The position numbers and the translations under genes are program-made. Below are positions 1 through 9,583 of a stretch of 64,000 nucleotides of DNA, piece by piece. Positions within the stretch are counted from its first letter, which is position 1, and the number at the start of each line of letters is the position of its first letter. Below the pieces are notes generated by a model. The model did not search any database. It was not told the origin of the DNA and worked only from the letters and a program-made list of their open reading frames with translations. This DNA comes from a bacterium (GTDB lineage: Bacteria; Patescibacteriota; Dojkabacteria; SC72), in contig JAIORF010000005.1 in NCBI GenBank assembly GCA_021108295.1, forward strand, positions 136,531 to 200,530. The letters are read 5' to 3'.

Positions 1-2
1 CA

Positions 3-218
3 GTACCAAATGATTCAAGAAAACCATGGGATCCATCAGGAGTGAGAATAGGGACCGCTGCAATTACGAGTAGAGGGATGAAAGAGAAAGAAATGGAAAA
101 AATAGCTCAATACATTGATACAGTATTAAGAAATAGTAATAACGAAGATTTAATTAAAAAGATTAAACTAGAAGTTAAAAACTTCACGAAGAACTTTCTA
201 ATTCCAGGTATAAATTAA
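3..218 (+). CDS. glyA: Serine hydroxymethyltransferase, 3' end (partial)
   Basis: Manual translation from base 3: VPNDSRKPWDPSGVRIGTAAITSRGMKEKEMEKIA...; SGxRIGT..TSRG is the SHMT C-terminal signature; TAA at 216-218. Confidence 0.9.
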   Translation, partial: VPNDSRKPWDPSGVRIGTAAITSRGMKEKEMEKIAQYIDTVLRNSNNEDLIKKIKLEVKNFTKNFLIPGIN

Positions 219-228
219 GAACATACCT

Positions 229-1569
229 ATGAAATTAATACAAAGAAAAGATCTTCATATCGAAGACATAAGAACTGATGAATATTGGAATAGACTTCGA
301 ATATTCTCAATCCTAGGTAAAGAAGATTACGAATCCAAACTCAGAACACACTACATCATTAGACAATCTCTCTACACTAAAACAACTGTTTTAAATATCT
401 GTAAAGGATGTAAAATAAATGACTGGAAAGAATTACCACTGGATGATCTATATGAGGTAAGTAACAGAACATATATTGTGGACAATATCCCAATATATAC
501 ATTCCTTAAACTCTCTTCAATATACTCTGACATATTTCTCAAACTAAGAGATTGGAAATATCTCAATAGGGATAGCTCATACTTCGTCAGAATACCTACA
601 GAAGTTTGTGAGCACATGGAGATTAGGAAGGAGTATGAAAATATTCAATTAGAAAGTATAAGAAACTACTGGTCAGTAGCTAAAAGAAAAGGCAGTGATT
701 ACAAAGAACTAGCCCTCTCTCTACTACCACTTGGTATACAACACAGAGCAGTTCTCTCTACAACCCTAAACTCCAATATTGAATTAACTAATTCCCTTCT
801 TTGTAGTGATATGGTTCTAGATAATCAATTAGGAGACATGTTTGAAAACTTGCTCAAAACTGATATGGAAGTAACTCCAGACTGTACAAAAAGACTGACT
901 ACAAAAAAGATATTAGAATATTTAAAGGATTGTGTATCTGAAAATCAATCATTCGATTTTGATAACTCAGAGCTTTTTAAGTTTGAATATATCACCGATA
1001 TGGTAGAACAAGTATTTACAAACTTTGAAATGCTAATTAATCCATTAGGTAGTAAAGATGAACTGGAATTCGATTACGAGGATCAACTCTCTATCGGAAA
1101 GATAATTAAGAAAGGAGATATAGGTCACCTTGGATTCCAGAAGGGTAGTGCTCTATCCGGTTTTCTACCACTTACTGATATCTTTGAGATATTAGTCAAT
1201 AATTACACAATATACATACCACTCCTCTCTGACTTCATAAATATTGATAAAGAGTTAGAAAGGAAGGATTCTCAATGCTACCTACTACCAGAATCTATAA
1301 AGAAATACCCAGAATTAAAGAAAGACATGAATAAAGACCTTATGGATACCTATACAAATATTAAAAGTTGGAGAAAGAAATCAAAAGAACATATGTCTGA
1401 TGAAATGTCCAAAGAGTTTACAAGATATTTACTTCCACTTAGCCATATGACTAAATTTAATATGTATTTAGATATAAAAGACATCTTTAATTTAAAGAAT
1501 TCAAATTTAAACTACAGTGAGCAATGGAACAAACTCTTTTTTCAAAAAGATCCTCTGTTTAAGAAATAG
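229..1569 (+). CDS. Divergent two-domain ThyX/Thy1-like protein, probably catalytically degenerate
   Basis: Two segments resemble the Thy1 'ARxxLP...T' helix (KELALSLLPLG, EFTRYLLPLSHMT); lies between glyA and dcd; no RHRx7S motif. Confidence 0.45.
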   Translation: MKLIQRKDLHIEDIRTDEYWNRLRIFSILGKEDYESKLRTHYIIRQSLYTKTTVLNICKGCKINDWKELPLDDLYEVSNRTYIVDNIPIYTFLKLSSIYSDIFLKLRDWKYLNRDSSYFVRIPTEVCEHMEIRKEYENIQLESIRNYWSVAKRKGSDYKELALSLLPLGIQHRAVLSTTLNSNIELTNSLLCSDMVLDNQLGDMFENLLKTDMEVTPDCTKRLTTKKILEYLKDCVSENQSFDFDNSELFKFEYITDMVEQVFTNFEMLINPLGSKDELEFDYEDQLSIGKIIKKGDIGHLGFQKGSALSGFLPLTDIFEILVNNYTIYIPLLSDFINIDKELERKDSQCYLLPESIKKYPELKKDMNKDLMDTYTNIKSWRKKSKEHMSDEMSKEFTRYLLPLSHMTKFNMYLDIKDIFNLKNSNLNYSEQWNKLFFQKDPLFKK

Positions 1570-1615
1570 TTTGAAGATGATATGATAGTTCTAGATTAAA
1601 TTAATACACCTAACT

Positions 1616-2188
1616 ATGATTCTAAGTGATAAAGGTATAAAAGAAGCTCTTAAAGCAGGAGATATAATAATAGAGCCATTCAATGAAGAAAATCTGCAAC
1701 CAGCATCTTACGATCTTCGTCTAGATAAGAATGTTCTTGTTTTTGACAAGAACAACATCTCACTAATTGATCTCAAGAAAAAGAATCCAAATATGATGAA
1801 GAGTATAACAATTCCAGATACTGGATATATCATTCATCCCGGAGAATTCATACTATCAAATCTTGTGGAAATAACTGGTGTAAATGATAGCTATGTAGGT
1901 AGATTGGAAGGTAAAAGTTCTCTTGCGAGACTTGGACTAATCATACATACAACCTCAGGATTCCTTGATCCAGGGAACTCTCTAAGAATGACACTAGAAA
2001 TTGCAAATCTCTCTCCTTTACCTATCAAACTCTATGCAGGTATGAAAATAGGACAGATGGCATTTGAGAAACTAGATCAACCATGTGAACGAACATATGG
2101 TAGTAAAGGCTTAAACAGTAAATATGTAGGGAATATGACTGTACAGGGAAGTAAAATGTATGAGAATTTCGATAAGGATGAAAAATAG
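1616..2188 (+). CDS. dcd: dCTP deaminase
   Basis: MILSD start, QPASYDLRL, EGKSSLARLGL, GFLDPG, TLEI motifs. Confidence 0.95.
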   Translation: MILSDKGIKEALKAGDIIIEPFNEENLQPASYDLRLDKNVLVFDKNNISLIDLKKKNPNMMKSITIPDTGYIIHPGEFILSNLVEITGVNDSYVGRLEGKSSLARLGLIIHTTSGFLDPGNSLRMTLEIANLSPLPIKLYAGMKIGQMAFEKLDQPCERTYGSKGLNSKYVGNMTVQGSKMYENFDKDEK

Positions 2189-3452
2189 TATTAAAAAACA
2201 ATTTCCAATACTAAACCAAAAGATAAATGGTAAACCAATCACATACTTAGACAGTGCAGCTACTACTCAGAAGCCACAGTGTGTAATAGATTGTATAGAT
2301 GAATATTACACACAATATAATTCTAACATCCATAGAAGTTCCCATATCCTATCTTCAAGAGCTACAGAGAAATGGGAAGAAGCACACAATATTGTTGCTA
2401 ATTTCTTAAATGCTAAATCACATGAAGAGGTAATATTTACTAGAAATTGTACAGAAGGAATTAATCTCTTTGTCAATACATACGCTAAAGAGAATTTGGG
2501 GAAAGAAGACATAGTAGTACTAAGTGAAATGGAACATCATAGTAATATAGTCCCTTGGTTAATGTTACAAAAAGAAATAGGTTTCAACATTAAATATATT
2601 CCAGTTACTGATAACTACCAATTAGATTTGAAATGGCTGAAGTCCCTTATAGATAGAGAAAGAAACAAAATAAAGATTGTGTCTGTAATCCATATATCCA
2701 ATGTACTGGGTACAATCAATGATGTGAAAGAAATTACTAAACTGGCACATGGAGTGGGTGCTACTGTACTTATAGACGCAGCTCAAAGTGTAGCCAGATT
2801 ACCAATAGATGTACAAGACTTAGACTGTGACGCATTGGTATTCTCTGGACACAAAATATATGGACCAACAGGAAGTGGGTGTATATATATTAAAAAAGAG
2901 ATACTAAAAAAACTACCACCATATATGGGCGGAGGAGAAATGATTAGAGAAGTTAGCAAAGAATCTTTTACTCTAAACAATCTCCCATGGAGATTTGAAG
3001 CTGGCACTCCTGATATAGCAGGTGGTATAGCATTAGCAAGAGCAATAACATGGTTTAGTGAAACAGTAAAGAATATGGGGGGATTCGATGTTTTAATTAA
3101 TCATGAGAAAGAGCTAGTAGAAAGATTCATATCCCAATTTGAAGGTATAGAGTGGTTTAAACTATTTGGAAGTACAGAAAGAGTAGGAGCTATTACTTTC
3201 AACCTAGAAGGCTTCTCATTCGCAGGATGTAAAGAATCTACAGAAGATAGCAATATCCAAGGAAAAGATATCTTGGAATTTATCTCTTCACAAGGTATAT
3301 GTATTAGAGACGGCTTCCATTGTGCACAACCACTACATGATAAATTTAAGATAGGTCCTACAATGAGAGTAAGTTTAGGAATATACACAGAACAGGTGGA
3401 TATAGATAGAGTTGTACAAATAATTAAACAAGGGGTGCTAAGAACCATCTAA
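2178..3452 (+). CDS. sufS: Cysteine desulfurase, SufS family
   Basis: YLDSAATTQKP, EMEHHSN, DAAQS, FSGHKIYGPTG (PLP lysine), GFHCAQPL; start moved to ATG 2178. Confidence 0.9.
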   Translation: MKNSIKKQFPILNQKINGKPITYLDSAATTQKPQCVIDCIDEYYTQYNSNIHRSSHILSSRATEKWEEAHNIVANFLNAKSHEEVIFTRNCTEGINLFVNTYAKENLGKEDIVVLSEMEHHSNIVPWLMLQKEIGFNIKYIPVTDNYQLDLKWLKSLIDRERNKIKIVSVIHISNVLGTINDVKEITKLAHGVGATVLIDAAQSVARLPIDVQDLDCDALVFSGHKIYGPTGSGCIYIKKEILKKLPPYMGGGEMIREVSKESFTLNNLPWRFEAGTPDIAGGIALARAITWFSETVKNMGGFDVLINHEKELVERFISQFEGIEWFKLFGSTERVGAITFNLEGFSFAGCKESTEDSNIQGKDILEFISSQGICIRDGFHCAQPLHDKFKIGPTMRVSLGIYTEQVDIDRVVQIIKQGVLRTI

Positions 3453-3469
3453 TTGTGCTATCATCTCAT

Positions 3470-4654
3470 ATGGACAATGCCCCAAATCCAATACAAAGTG
3501 TGCAGGATGATTTTCTAGTAGAGATAAAAGATCTCCAAAGAAAGATTGATAATGTTAATTTACCACAAGATTTTAGAGAAGATATTCTCAGAGCAATATC
3601 TAGACTTGCTCGTATGGCTAAATATGGGAATTATAGTACAGAATTTGAAACCATAGATAAGTATGTAGATTGGATAACAAGAATACCTTGGGGAAAACTG
3701 TCTATAGACAACTACGATATTGAAAATGCCAAAAAGGAAATGGATTCTACTCACTATGGAATGAACACTATCAAGAACATCATTCTTGACTATCTTGCAG
3801 TAATGCAATTACAAAACAAAGGAATAGCTACTAGTGTGGCAGAGCCTGTGAATTTAGGTCAGAAGGAATTTCCCAACTCTTACAATGTCCCAGCGGTAGC
3901 AGATCATAGAGTAGGTTTAGTAACCAAATCACCTGTACTCCTATTTGTTGGTCTTCAAGGTGTAGGAAAGACATCTATTGCAAAAACAATTGCAATCGCT
4001 ATGGGTAGAAAGTTTGCAAGAATTTCTCTTGGAGCGATAGGGGATGTAAAAACACTCAGAGGTGTACCAAGGTACTCAGAGGGTGCTGAACCCGGACAGA
4101 TTATAAAAGCATTGGTAAGAACAGGTAGTATGAACCCAGTAATATTGCTTGATGAGATAGAAAAGTCTAGTGGACAGCAAAATGTTCTCAACGATGTTAT
4201 GGCTGCTTTATTAGAGATACTAGATCCAGAGCAAAACAAAACATTTGTTGATCATTATGTAGACTATCCTGTAGACCTTTCTAATGTATTCTTTATATGT
4301 ACCGCGAATAATTTAGGGGGTCTTTCTGCTGCACTGCTAGATCGTGTAGAGGTAATTCGTTTCTCTAGTTACTCTGATGAAGAGAAGGGGGTAATTGCAA
4401 GAAATTACATATTGCCGAAGATTCTTAAAGAGACTGGATTAAGTGAACAACATTTACAAATACAAGACAATGTATGGCCATTATTGATAAGGCCTGTAGG
4501 ATTTGATGCAGGTATTAGACAACTAGAAAGAAATATAAATACTTTGGTGAGGACGGTAGCAAGAAAGTTAGTAACAGGATCTCCTATTCCAGTCATTATC
4601 TCTGCTGAAAACCTGAGAGATTTTGTATTGCCAGATCAGGGGCCATTGAGTTAA
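3470..4654 (+). CDS. Lon-type AAA+ ATPase lacking the Lon protease domain
   Basis: YVDWITRIPW, HYG, Walker A GLQGVGKTS, NPVILLDEIEK, ALLEILDPEQN, GIRQLER; ORF stops right after the AAA lid. Confidence 0.85.
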   Translation: MDNAPNPIQSVQDDFLVEIKDLQRKIDNVNLPQDFREDILRAISRLARMAKYGNYSTEFETIDKYVDWITRIPWGKLSIDNYDIENAKKEMDSTHYGMNTIKNIILDYLAVMQLQNKGIATSVAEPVNLGQKEFPNSYNVPAVADHRVGLVTKSPVLLFVGLQGVGKTSIAKTIAIAMGRKFARISLGAIGDVKTLRGVPRYSEGAEPGQIIKALVRTGSMNPVILLDEIEKSSGQQNVLNDVMAALLEILDPEQNKTFVDHYVDYPVDLSNVFFICTANNLGGLSAALLDRVEVIRFSSYSDEEKGVIARNYILPKILKETGLSEQHLQIQDNVWPLLIRPVGFDAGIRQLERNINTLVRTVARKLVTGSPIPVIISAENLRDFVLPDQGPLS

Positions 4655-4878
4655 ACTCCTTTGAAGGGATTCATTATACTAAGAGCTCCCATAGCTCTTG
4701 TTGCTTCACTATCCTTCTTCCCGAAGGTTATATCTCTACGTTTCTTTGATCGTGCCTCTGCCTTCTTGAGTGCACCTAAGTCTTTGCCTCGCTGATTTTT
4801 AGATAGGTTTGTAACATCACATTTCTTTGTAACTAAATAGATACTTTCGTTTATAGCAGACTTTGTATTATCCGTCAT
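4651..4878 (-). CDS. Small basic hypothetical protein
   Basis: Fills the gap; ATG 4878 overlaps the virB4 3' end, suggesting translational coupling. Confidence 0.5.
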   Translation of the reverse strand: MTDNTKSAINESIYLVTKKCDVTNLSKNQRGKDLGALKKAEARSKKRRDITFGKKDSEATRAMGALSIMNPFKGV

Positions 4879-7264
4879 TATTATTATTGTTAGAATAATC
4901 AACTACTCCTTGGGGAGTTATATGTTGTCTCCCTTGTTGTAAATCTCTACGACTTCTTACTACCTGACCTGGAAGGGTATTTTCTTCGAGAGTGGTAGTG
5001 AAAGATTTCTCATGAGCATACTTAGCAGGGTTTAATTCTCTCTCCTTCTCTTCTAGTTTTCTACGAACTTCTTCTTCGTAATCCTTCCGTTCTCCCTCGA
5101 TTTGTACTTTGTCATCCTTCCTTCTCTGAGCAGCTCTTGCAATCATAGATTTCTGCTTAGTAATACTGGTACCATCCCTCATTGGTTGTTGAGCAGATGG
5201 TGGAGCAAATACTTTTGCCAATTCTTCAATGGTTCGTGTATCCTTAATCCCTTGTGCTTCTTTCTTTGCCATTTCTTCTAAATCTCTAGGATCAGATGTA
5301 ATTAGCTCGTGTTCTGCTTGGCTTGAGAGTACCTGTATTCCTACATGATTTGAACCAGCAAAGAACAATCCCTGCCCTCTATCGCAATTTAGTAAGAAGT
5401 TTCTCTCACCATCAGAGAGATTAAATACAGCTTGCAGGGTTTCTACTGCAGAGGGACTTTGTTTCATTAGCATTTGTATAGAGGAGTTGGAGATGATGGC
5501 TTTACCCATGTCGTTTTTCATAAAGTCAGCTACATCTTGGGTGATAGTGGTTAGGCCTAGGTAGTATTTTCTTGCCCGTTTTGCCATGGAGTACATAAAT
5601 TTGGCGGAGTCTTCACTTTCCATCATGTACCAAGCTTCATCTACGATTAACAATCGTTGTTTTCTTACTTTTCTAATTCTAGTCCATATAAAGTCTAGCA
5701 TTAGATACATAGCCAATGGTTTTAATTCTTCTTGGAGATCCCTTACACTAAATACTGTGAATGGATTGTTGATTTCAAAGTTACTGGCTTCGTTAAATAT
5801 TCCAGCACCACTTCCTATGATATATTTCTCCATTCGTCTGGCTAAATTGTGAGCTTCATCTTCTGCCATACCTTTCAGTACCTTGTAAAGATCTTCGAGT
5901 AGAGGAGGGTCTTTCTTTTGAGTTCTTGCATCAAATGTAATACCTTTTTCTCTGTAGGTAAGTATGAGTGCCCTATCTAGTATGGAGGATTCGACATTGG
6001 ATAGTCCTTCGAACATGACTTTGAAAAATCCTAGTAGGGAGAGCATCTTCATTCGTAATTCATCGTCATCGTCATCTGCCATGCCTGAGAGTTCAAATGG
6101 ATTCATCTTATGTCCTTGATCCTGAGAGAAGGATATGTATGAGCCTTCTACAGCTTCGGAAAGATCTTCATACTCACGTTCTGGATCTATGATTATTATC
6201 TCTGTACCCATCATTAAGCTTCTTACAGCTTCTAATTTCACAAAGTAGCTTTTACCTGCTCCAGATTTAGCAAAGACTACGGTATTCGCGTTTTCTAATT
6301 CAAATCTATCAAATACGACCAAACTATTATTATGCAGATTAAGACCATACATGATACCGCGGTTCATGGTTAGTTCAGAGGAGACAAATGGGAAGGTAGT
6401 AGCTAAGGATGTAGTATCCATATTGCGTGTAATATGGATTTTGTCTAAGGCAAGTGGTTGTGTACTGATGAAGCCGGGTTCTTGAAGTAGAGTAGCTGAT
6501 TTAGCTGTCACATTCATTGCAGCGAGTGTAGAGGTGATATTTCTAGAGTACTTCTCCAAGAGCTTTTTGTCAGGAGCGTATATTGTTATATACATTGCAA
6601 AGTGGAAGAACTTTTCGCTTCCCTCAGCTATTGAGTCTTGGAGCTGTTGAGCGTCAGAGAGTTTTACTTTGAGAGATGCGTCAATTACTTTTCGGTCTTC
6701 CATTTGACTGTAGAGGGTGGCTTCCATTTCTCCAATTTTTTTCTTAAGCTTTTCCAGTATTATCCTTGAGTCTACAGGGTAGTAAAAGGTACTGATACGG
6801 AGTGAATGTTCGAAGTTAATGATAGGAGAAAGCCAATTTGGTCCTACAAACCTAGGGTAATCACTGATAAAGAAAGTTTTGAAGTAGTAGTCTCCCATTT
6901 GTAGATGGTTGAAATCTACTTCAAGGTCAATGGGTGCTACAATATCTGTTAGTGATAGTCCAGAGAAATCAGCAGTGGGTCTTCGTTGTGCTTCTACTGA
7001 TGGTTCTATTTCAACCTTTGGTTTTTTGGATGTAGGAACAATCTTGTCTAGCATTTTGAATAGGACATTCTTTTTCGTTTCTTTCTTTACTACAGTATCT
7101 TCAAACCTTTCCTTTTGGATGTTGTTAATTTTTGCTTCTTTTACAACATCAACCTCTTGTTGTACTTGGTTTGTGATATCTTGATATTTAGTTAGAGGGT
7201 CAGTATTCATTTGTTCTGTAACCTTAGAATTAATCTGTTTGTTTTTTAATGTTTTATCTTCCAC
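4868..7264 (-). CDS. VirB4/TraE/ConE-like type IV secretion ATPase
   Basis: Walker A AKSGAGKS, IIIDPEREY, Walker B LLIVDEAW, KRARKY, TQDVADF, GQGLFFAG. Confidence 0.9.
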   Translation of the reverse strand: MEDKTLKNKQINSKVTEQMNTDPLTKYQDITNQVQQEVDVVKEAKINNIQKERFEDTVVKKETKKNVLFKMLDKIVPTSKKPKVEIEPSVEAQRRPTADFSGLSLTDIVAPIDLEVDFNHLQMGDYYFKTFFISDYPRFVGPNWLSPIINFEHSLRISTFYYPVDSRIILEKLKKKIGEMEATLYSQMEDRKVIDASLKVKLSDAQQLQDSIAEGSEKFFHFAMYITIYAPDKKLLEKYSRNITSTLAAMNVTAKSATLLQEPGFISTQPLALDKIHITRNMDTTSLATTFPFVSSELTMNRGIMYGLNLHNNSLVVFDRFELENANTVVFAKSGAGKSYFVKLEAVRSLMMGTEIIIIDPEREYEDLSEAVEGSYISFSQDQGHKMNPFELSGMADDDDDELRMKMLSLLGFFKVMFEGLSNVESSILDRALILTYREKGITFDARTQKKDPPLLEDLYKVLKGMAEDEAHNLARRMEKYIIGSGAGIFNEASNFEINNPFTVFSVRDLQEELKPLAMYLMLDFIWTRIRKVRKQRLLIVDEAWYMMESEDSAKFMYSMAKRARKYYLGLTTITQDVADFMKNDMGKAIISNSSIQMLMKQSPSAVETLQAVFNLSDGERNFLLNCDRGQGLFFAGSNHVGIQVLSSQAEHELITSDPRDLEEMAKKEAQGIKDTRTIEELAKVFAPPSAQQPMRDGTSITKQKSMIARAAQRRKDDKVQIEGERKDYEEEVRRKLEEKERELNPAKYAHEKSFTTTLEENTLPGQVVRSRRDLQQGRQHITPQGVVDYSNNNNNDG

Positions 7265-7904
7265 TTCTTCCCTCCTCGTCTGGATTATATGTTGTGTAGA
7301 ACTCTGTTATTAGTTCTTGATTGGTTAATTGGTGTCCCATTAGTCCCATTCTCCCTATTTGTTTAATAATGTGGTCTCGTTTAGGGTAGAGAAATATCTT
7401 TGCTTTTTCAAGTAGGTGTTCTTGCTTTACAGCTTTCTGTGCGGTTTGTTCTTCCTTTGTTTTCTTTGCACTAAAAATATTTGCATCTGGCATAATGGCG
7501 GCTGGGTTGTATGGTACGACGAGGTAGAAGTTTTTATCAAGGACATTGTTTTCTACAATTAAGTTTTGTACAAAGAGGGTGTATATATTAAGCATGTTCT
7601 TTAATCCCTCGGACATATTTGTTTGATCTTGATTTCTAAGATGGTCAATGTAGTTAGAAATATCTACTCTTTGTGTTCTGATGAGGATTTGGATATGGAA
7701 GTTAAGGGAGTTGAGTAATCCTGCAAAAGCATAAATCTTATTGTCTTGTTCATACTCTGCCAAAAGATCAAAGTTTATCGCATTGGTTTGTATGACTAGT
7801 GCTACACTACCACTTTTTGTAATGACCAAGTCATCCACAATGTCTCTTATCTCTAAGTGAGTTTGTGTAGATATGGTTGTTCTTGCTCTGTCTTTTGCCT
7901 TCAT
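7254..7904 (-). CDS. TraC-like/VirB4 N-terminal-like accessory protein
   Basis: INFDLLAEYEQD..IYAFAGLLNSLNFHIQILI motif; lies between the PrgI and VirB4 genes with overlapping ends. Confidence 0.65.
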   Translation of the reverse strand: MKAKDRARTTISTQTHLEIRDIVDDLVITKSGSVALVIQTNAINFDLLAEYEQDNKIYAFAGLLNSLNFHIQILIRTQRVDISNYIDHLRNQDQTNMSEGLKNMLNIYTLFVQNLIVENNVLDKNFYLVVPYNPAAIMPDANIFSAKKTKEEQTAQKAVKQEHLLEKAKIFLYPKRDHIIKQIGRMGLMGHQLTNQELITEFYTTYNPDEEGRSGR

Positions 7905-8722
7905 GTAAGTTTCGCTGTTATTTTAATAGGGTTCTTACTTTGTGTATTTTCTAGTATCCATTGAATGTTTGGAATTATGTATGTATTCTGATCAAATTGT
8001 ATGTAGTAAATACCTTGTGGGAGAATGCGGTTGAGTATAAAGTATCCGTTTTGTCCTGTTCTATTTGCGAATATTACTTTCCCATTTTTATCCTTAAGGT
8101 AGACTGGGATATTTGCTAGACCTCGGTTGTTTGTATCGGTCAACCAGATATTTATATTTCCTGGTAATCGGTCTACACTCTTTATCCCAAATTGGTATTT
8201 AGAAATGTTTTGAGGTCCTATGACAACGGTTTGTTGTAGAGGTTTGGATTGTTGCATTGTTGGTTCTGGTTTGGTACTGATTTTTGGAGTTTGTACTTTG
8301 AGAATATCGTCACCAGGTTTTTCAATGAATATCTTTTTCCCTTTTGTTATTTTCCCTCCTACAATCTTTCCTTTGTTCCCGTCATCTGTTTTAACTATTG
8401 GTTTGACTCTTTGACTTTGCATTTGTTCATTTAACCATACTCTCTGTGTAGGTTTATTTATCGCAGTAAAGAAATTCTTTATAAATTCATCTGCTCCTTG
8501 GTCGTTGATTGGGACTAGTGCAAAGAATGCTCCTATGGATGAGAGGATAAGGAATGATGGCCATGCGAGGAGGGCAGGAAGACCTAATTGTTTGTTTAGG
8601 ACAAGGAAAAGTGAACCGCTTACAACACCTGCTGCAAGGTATGCGAATTCTTTGAGTGTAAACCTAGTAAAGAGTTTAAACTCAACATCTAGTACGTTTT
8701 GTGGTATTGGATGTTGTTTCAT
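7901..8722 (-). CDS. PrgI-family (VirB3-like) membrane protein with a C-terminal beta-rich domain
   Basis: QHPIPQNVLDVEFKLF..FTLKEF N-terminus, two TM helices, C-terminal RTGQNGYF SdrD/prealbumin-like motif. Confidence 0.8.
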   Translation of the reverse strand: MKQHPIPQNVLDVEFKLFTRFTLKEFAYLAAGVVSGSLFLVLNKQLGLPALLAWPSFLILSSIGAFFALVPINDQGADEFIKNFFTAINKPTQRVWLNEQMQSQRVKPIVKTDDGNKGKIVGGKITKGKKIFIEKPGDDILKVQTPKISTKPEPTMQQSKPLQQTVVIGPQNISKYQFGIKSVDRLPGNINIWLTDTNNRGLANIPVYLKDKNGKVIFANRTGQNGYFILNRILPQGIYYIQFDQNTYIIPNIQWILENTQSKNPIKITAKLT

Positions 8723-8791
8723 CTTGTTTTTAGTTTACCATAGCATTAAAATTGTTTGAATAACCGATAATATTTGTTCTATTATATATAC

Positions 8792-9583
8792 ATGGATAAA
8801 AACAGTAAGAGTGAGTTGTTACATATAGAGGAGTTGTATGACTTTAGGAAGAATATTCCAGCATATCTTAGTAAGCAGAAGATAAAAGAGGTATGGGGTT
8901 TAGAGGTAGATGGAGAGAGGTACAAGGGGATTAGTGATAAGCAGAGGAATATTATATTGAAGAAGGTTTGTATATTAGAGGATTCATTGTCATGGGTTCT
9001 ATTTAGACCCTTTGTTCGATTTGTTGGGATATCTGGATCAATTGCATCTGAATTTGTAAAGGGAGGAGATGATATAGATCTGTTTATTGTGACTAGGAAT
9101 GATGTGGTTTGGATATATAGGCTGTTTTTGTATGTTAGAAATGTATTTGAGAGGAGGGTTAGGTTAAAAAGACGGGTGTTAAAAGTGAAGGATAAATTGT
9201 GTATTAATTTTTTAACAGAGGAGAGGAATTTGGTATTTGAGGAGGATATTTTTAATTTAAATGAGTTATTGTTTCTAAAGCCTATTTTTAATAAAGACTT
9301 TTTAAGTGTAATCTTTCTTCAAAACAATTGGTTGAAAGAGAGGTTTCTTGTTTCAGAATCTTTCTTAAAGAAAGGAAATATTAGAATGGGTATGTTAAGG
9401 AGACTTACTAAAAGGAATTATTTGTTATTTTTAATTAATCTTTTTTGTTTCTGTGGTCAGTTATCATTTATGTTACTAATGAGGCATAGGCCTGATGTGG
9501 GGAGGTTGTTTAGGGGGTTTAGGGAAGGGAGAATAGAGTTCTTTCCTAGTGATTTCAAAAAGAAGATATTGAGTAAGGGTTAG
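8792..9583 (+). CDS. Pol-beta superfamily nucleotidyltransferase-domain protein
   Basis: ISGSIA...DDIDLFIV (GS + DxD) motif; start placed at ATG 8792. Confidence 0.65.
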   Translation: MDKNSKSELLHIEELYDFRKNIPAYLSKQKIKEVWGLEVDGERYKGISDKQRNIILKKVCILEDSLSWVLFRPFVRFVGISGSIASEFVKGGDDIDLFIVTRNDVVWIYRLFLYVRNVFERRVRLKRRVLKVKDKLCINFLTEERNLVFEEDIFNLNELLFLKPIFNKDFLSVIFLQNNWLKERFLVSESFLKKGNIRMGMLRRLTKRNYLLFLINLFCFCGQLSFMLLMRHRPDVGRLFRGFREGRIEFFPSDFKKKILSKG

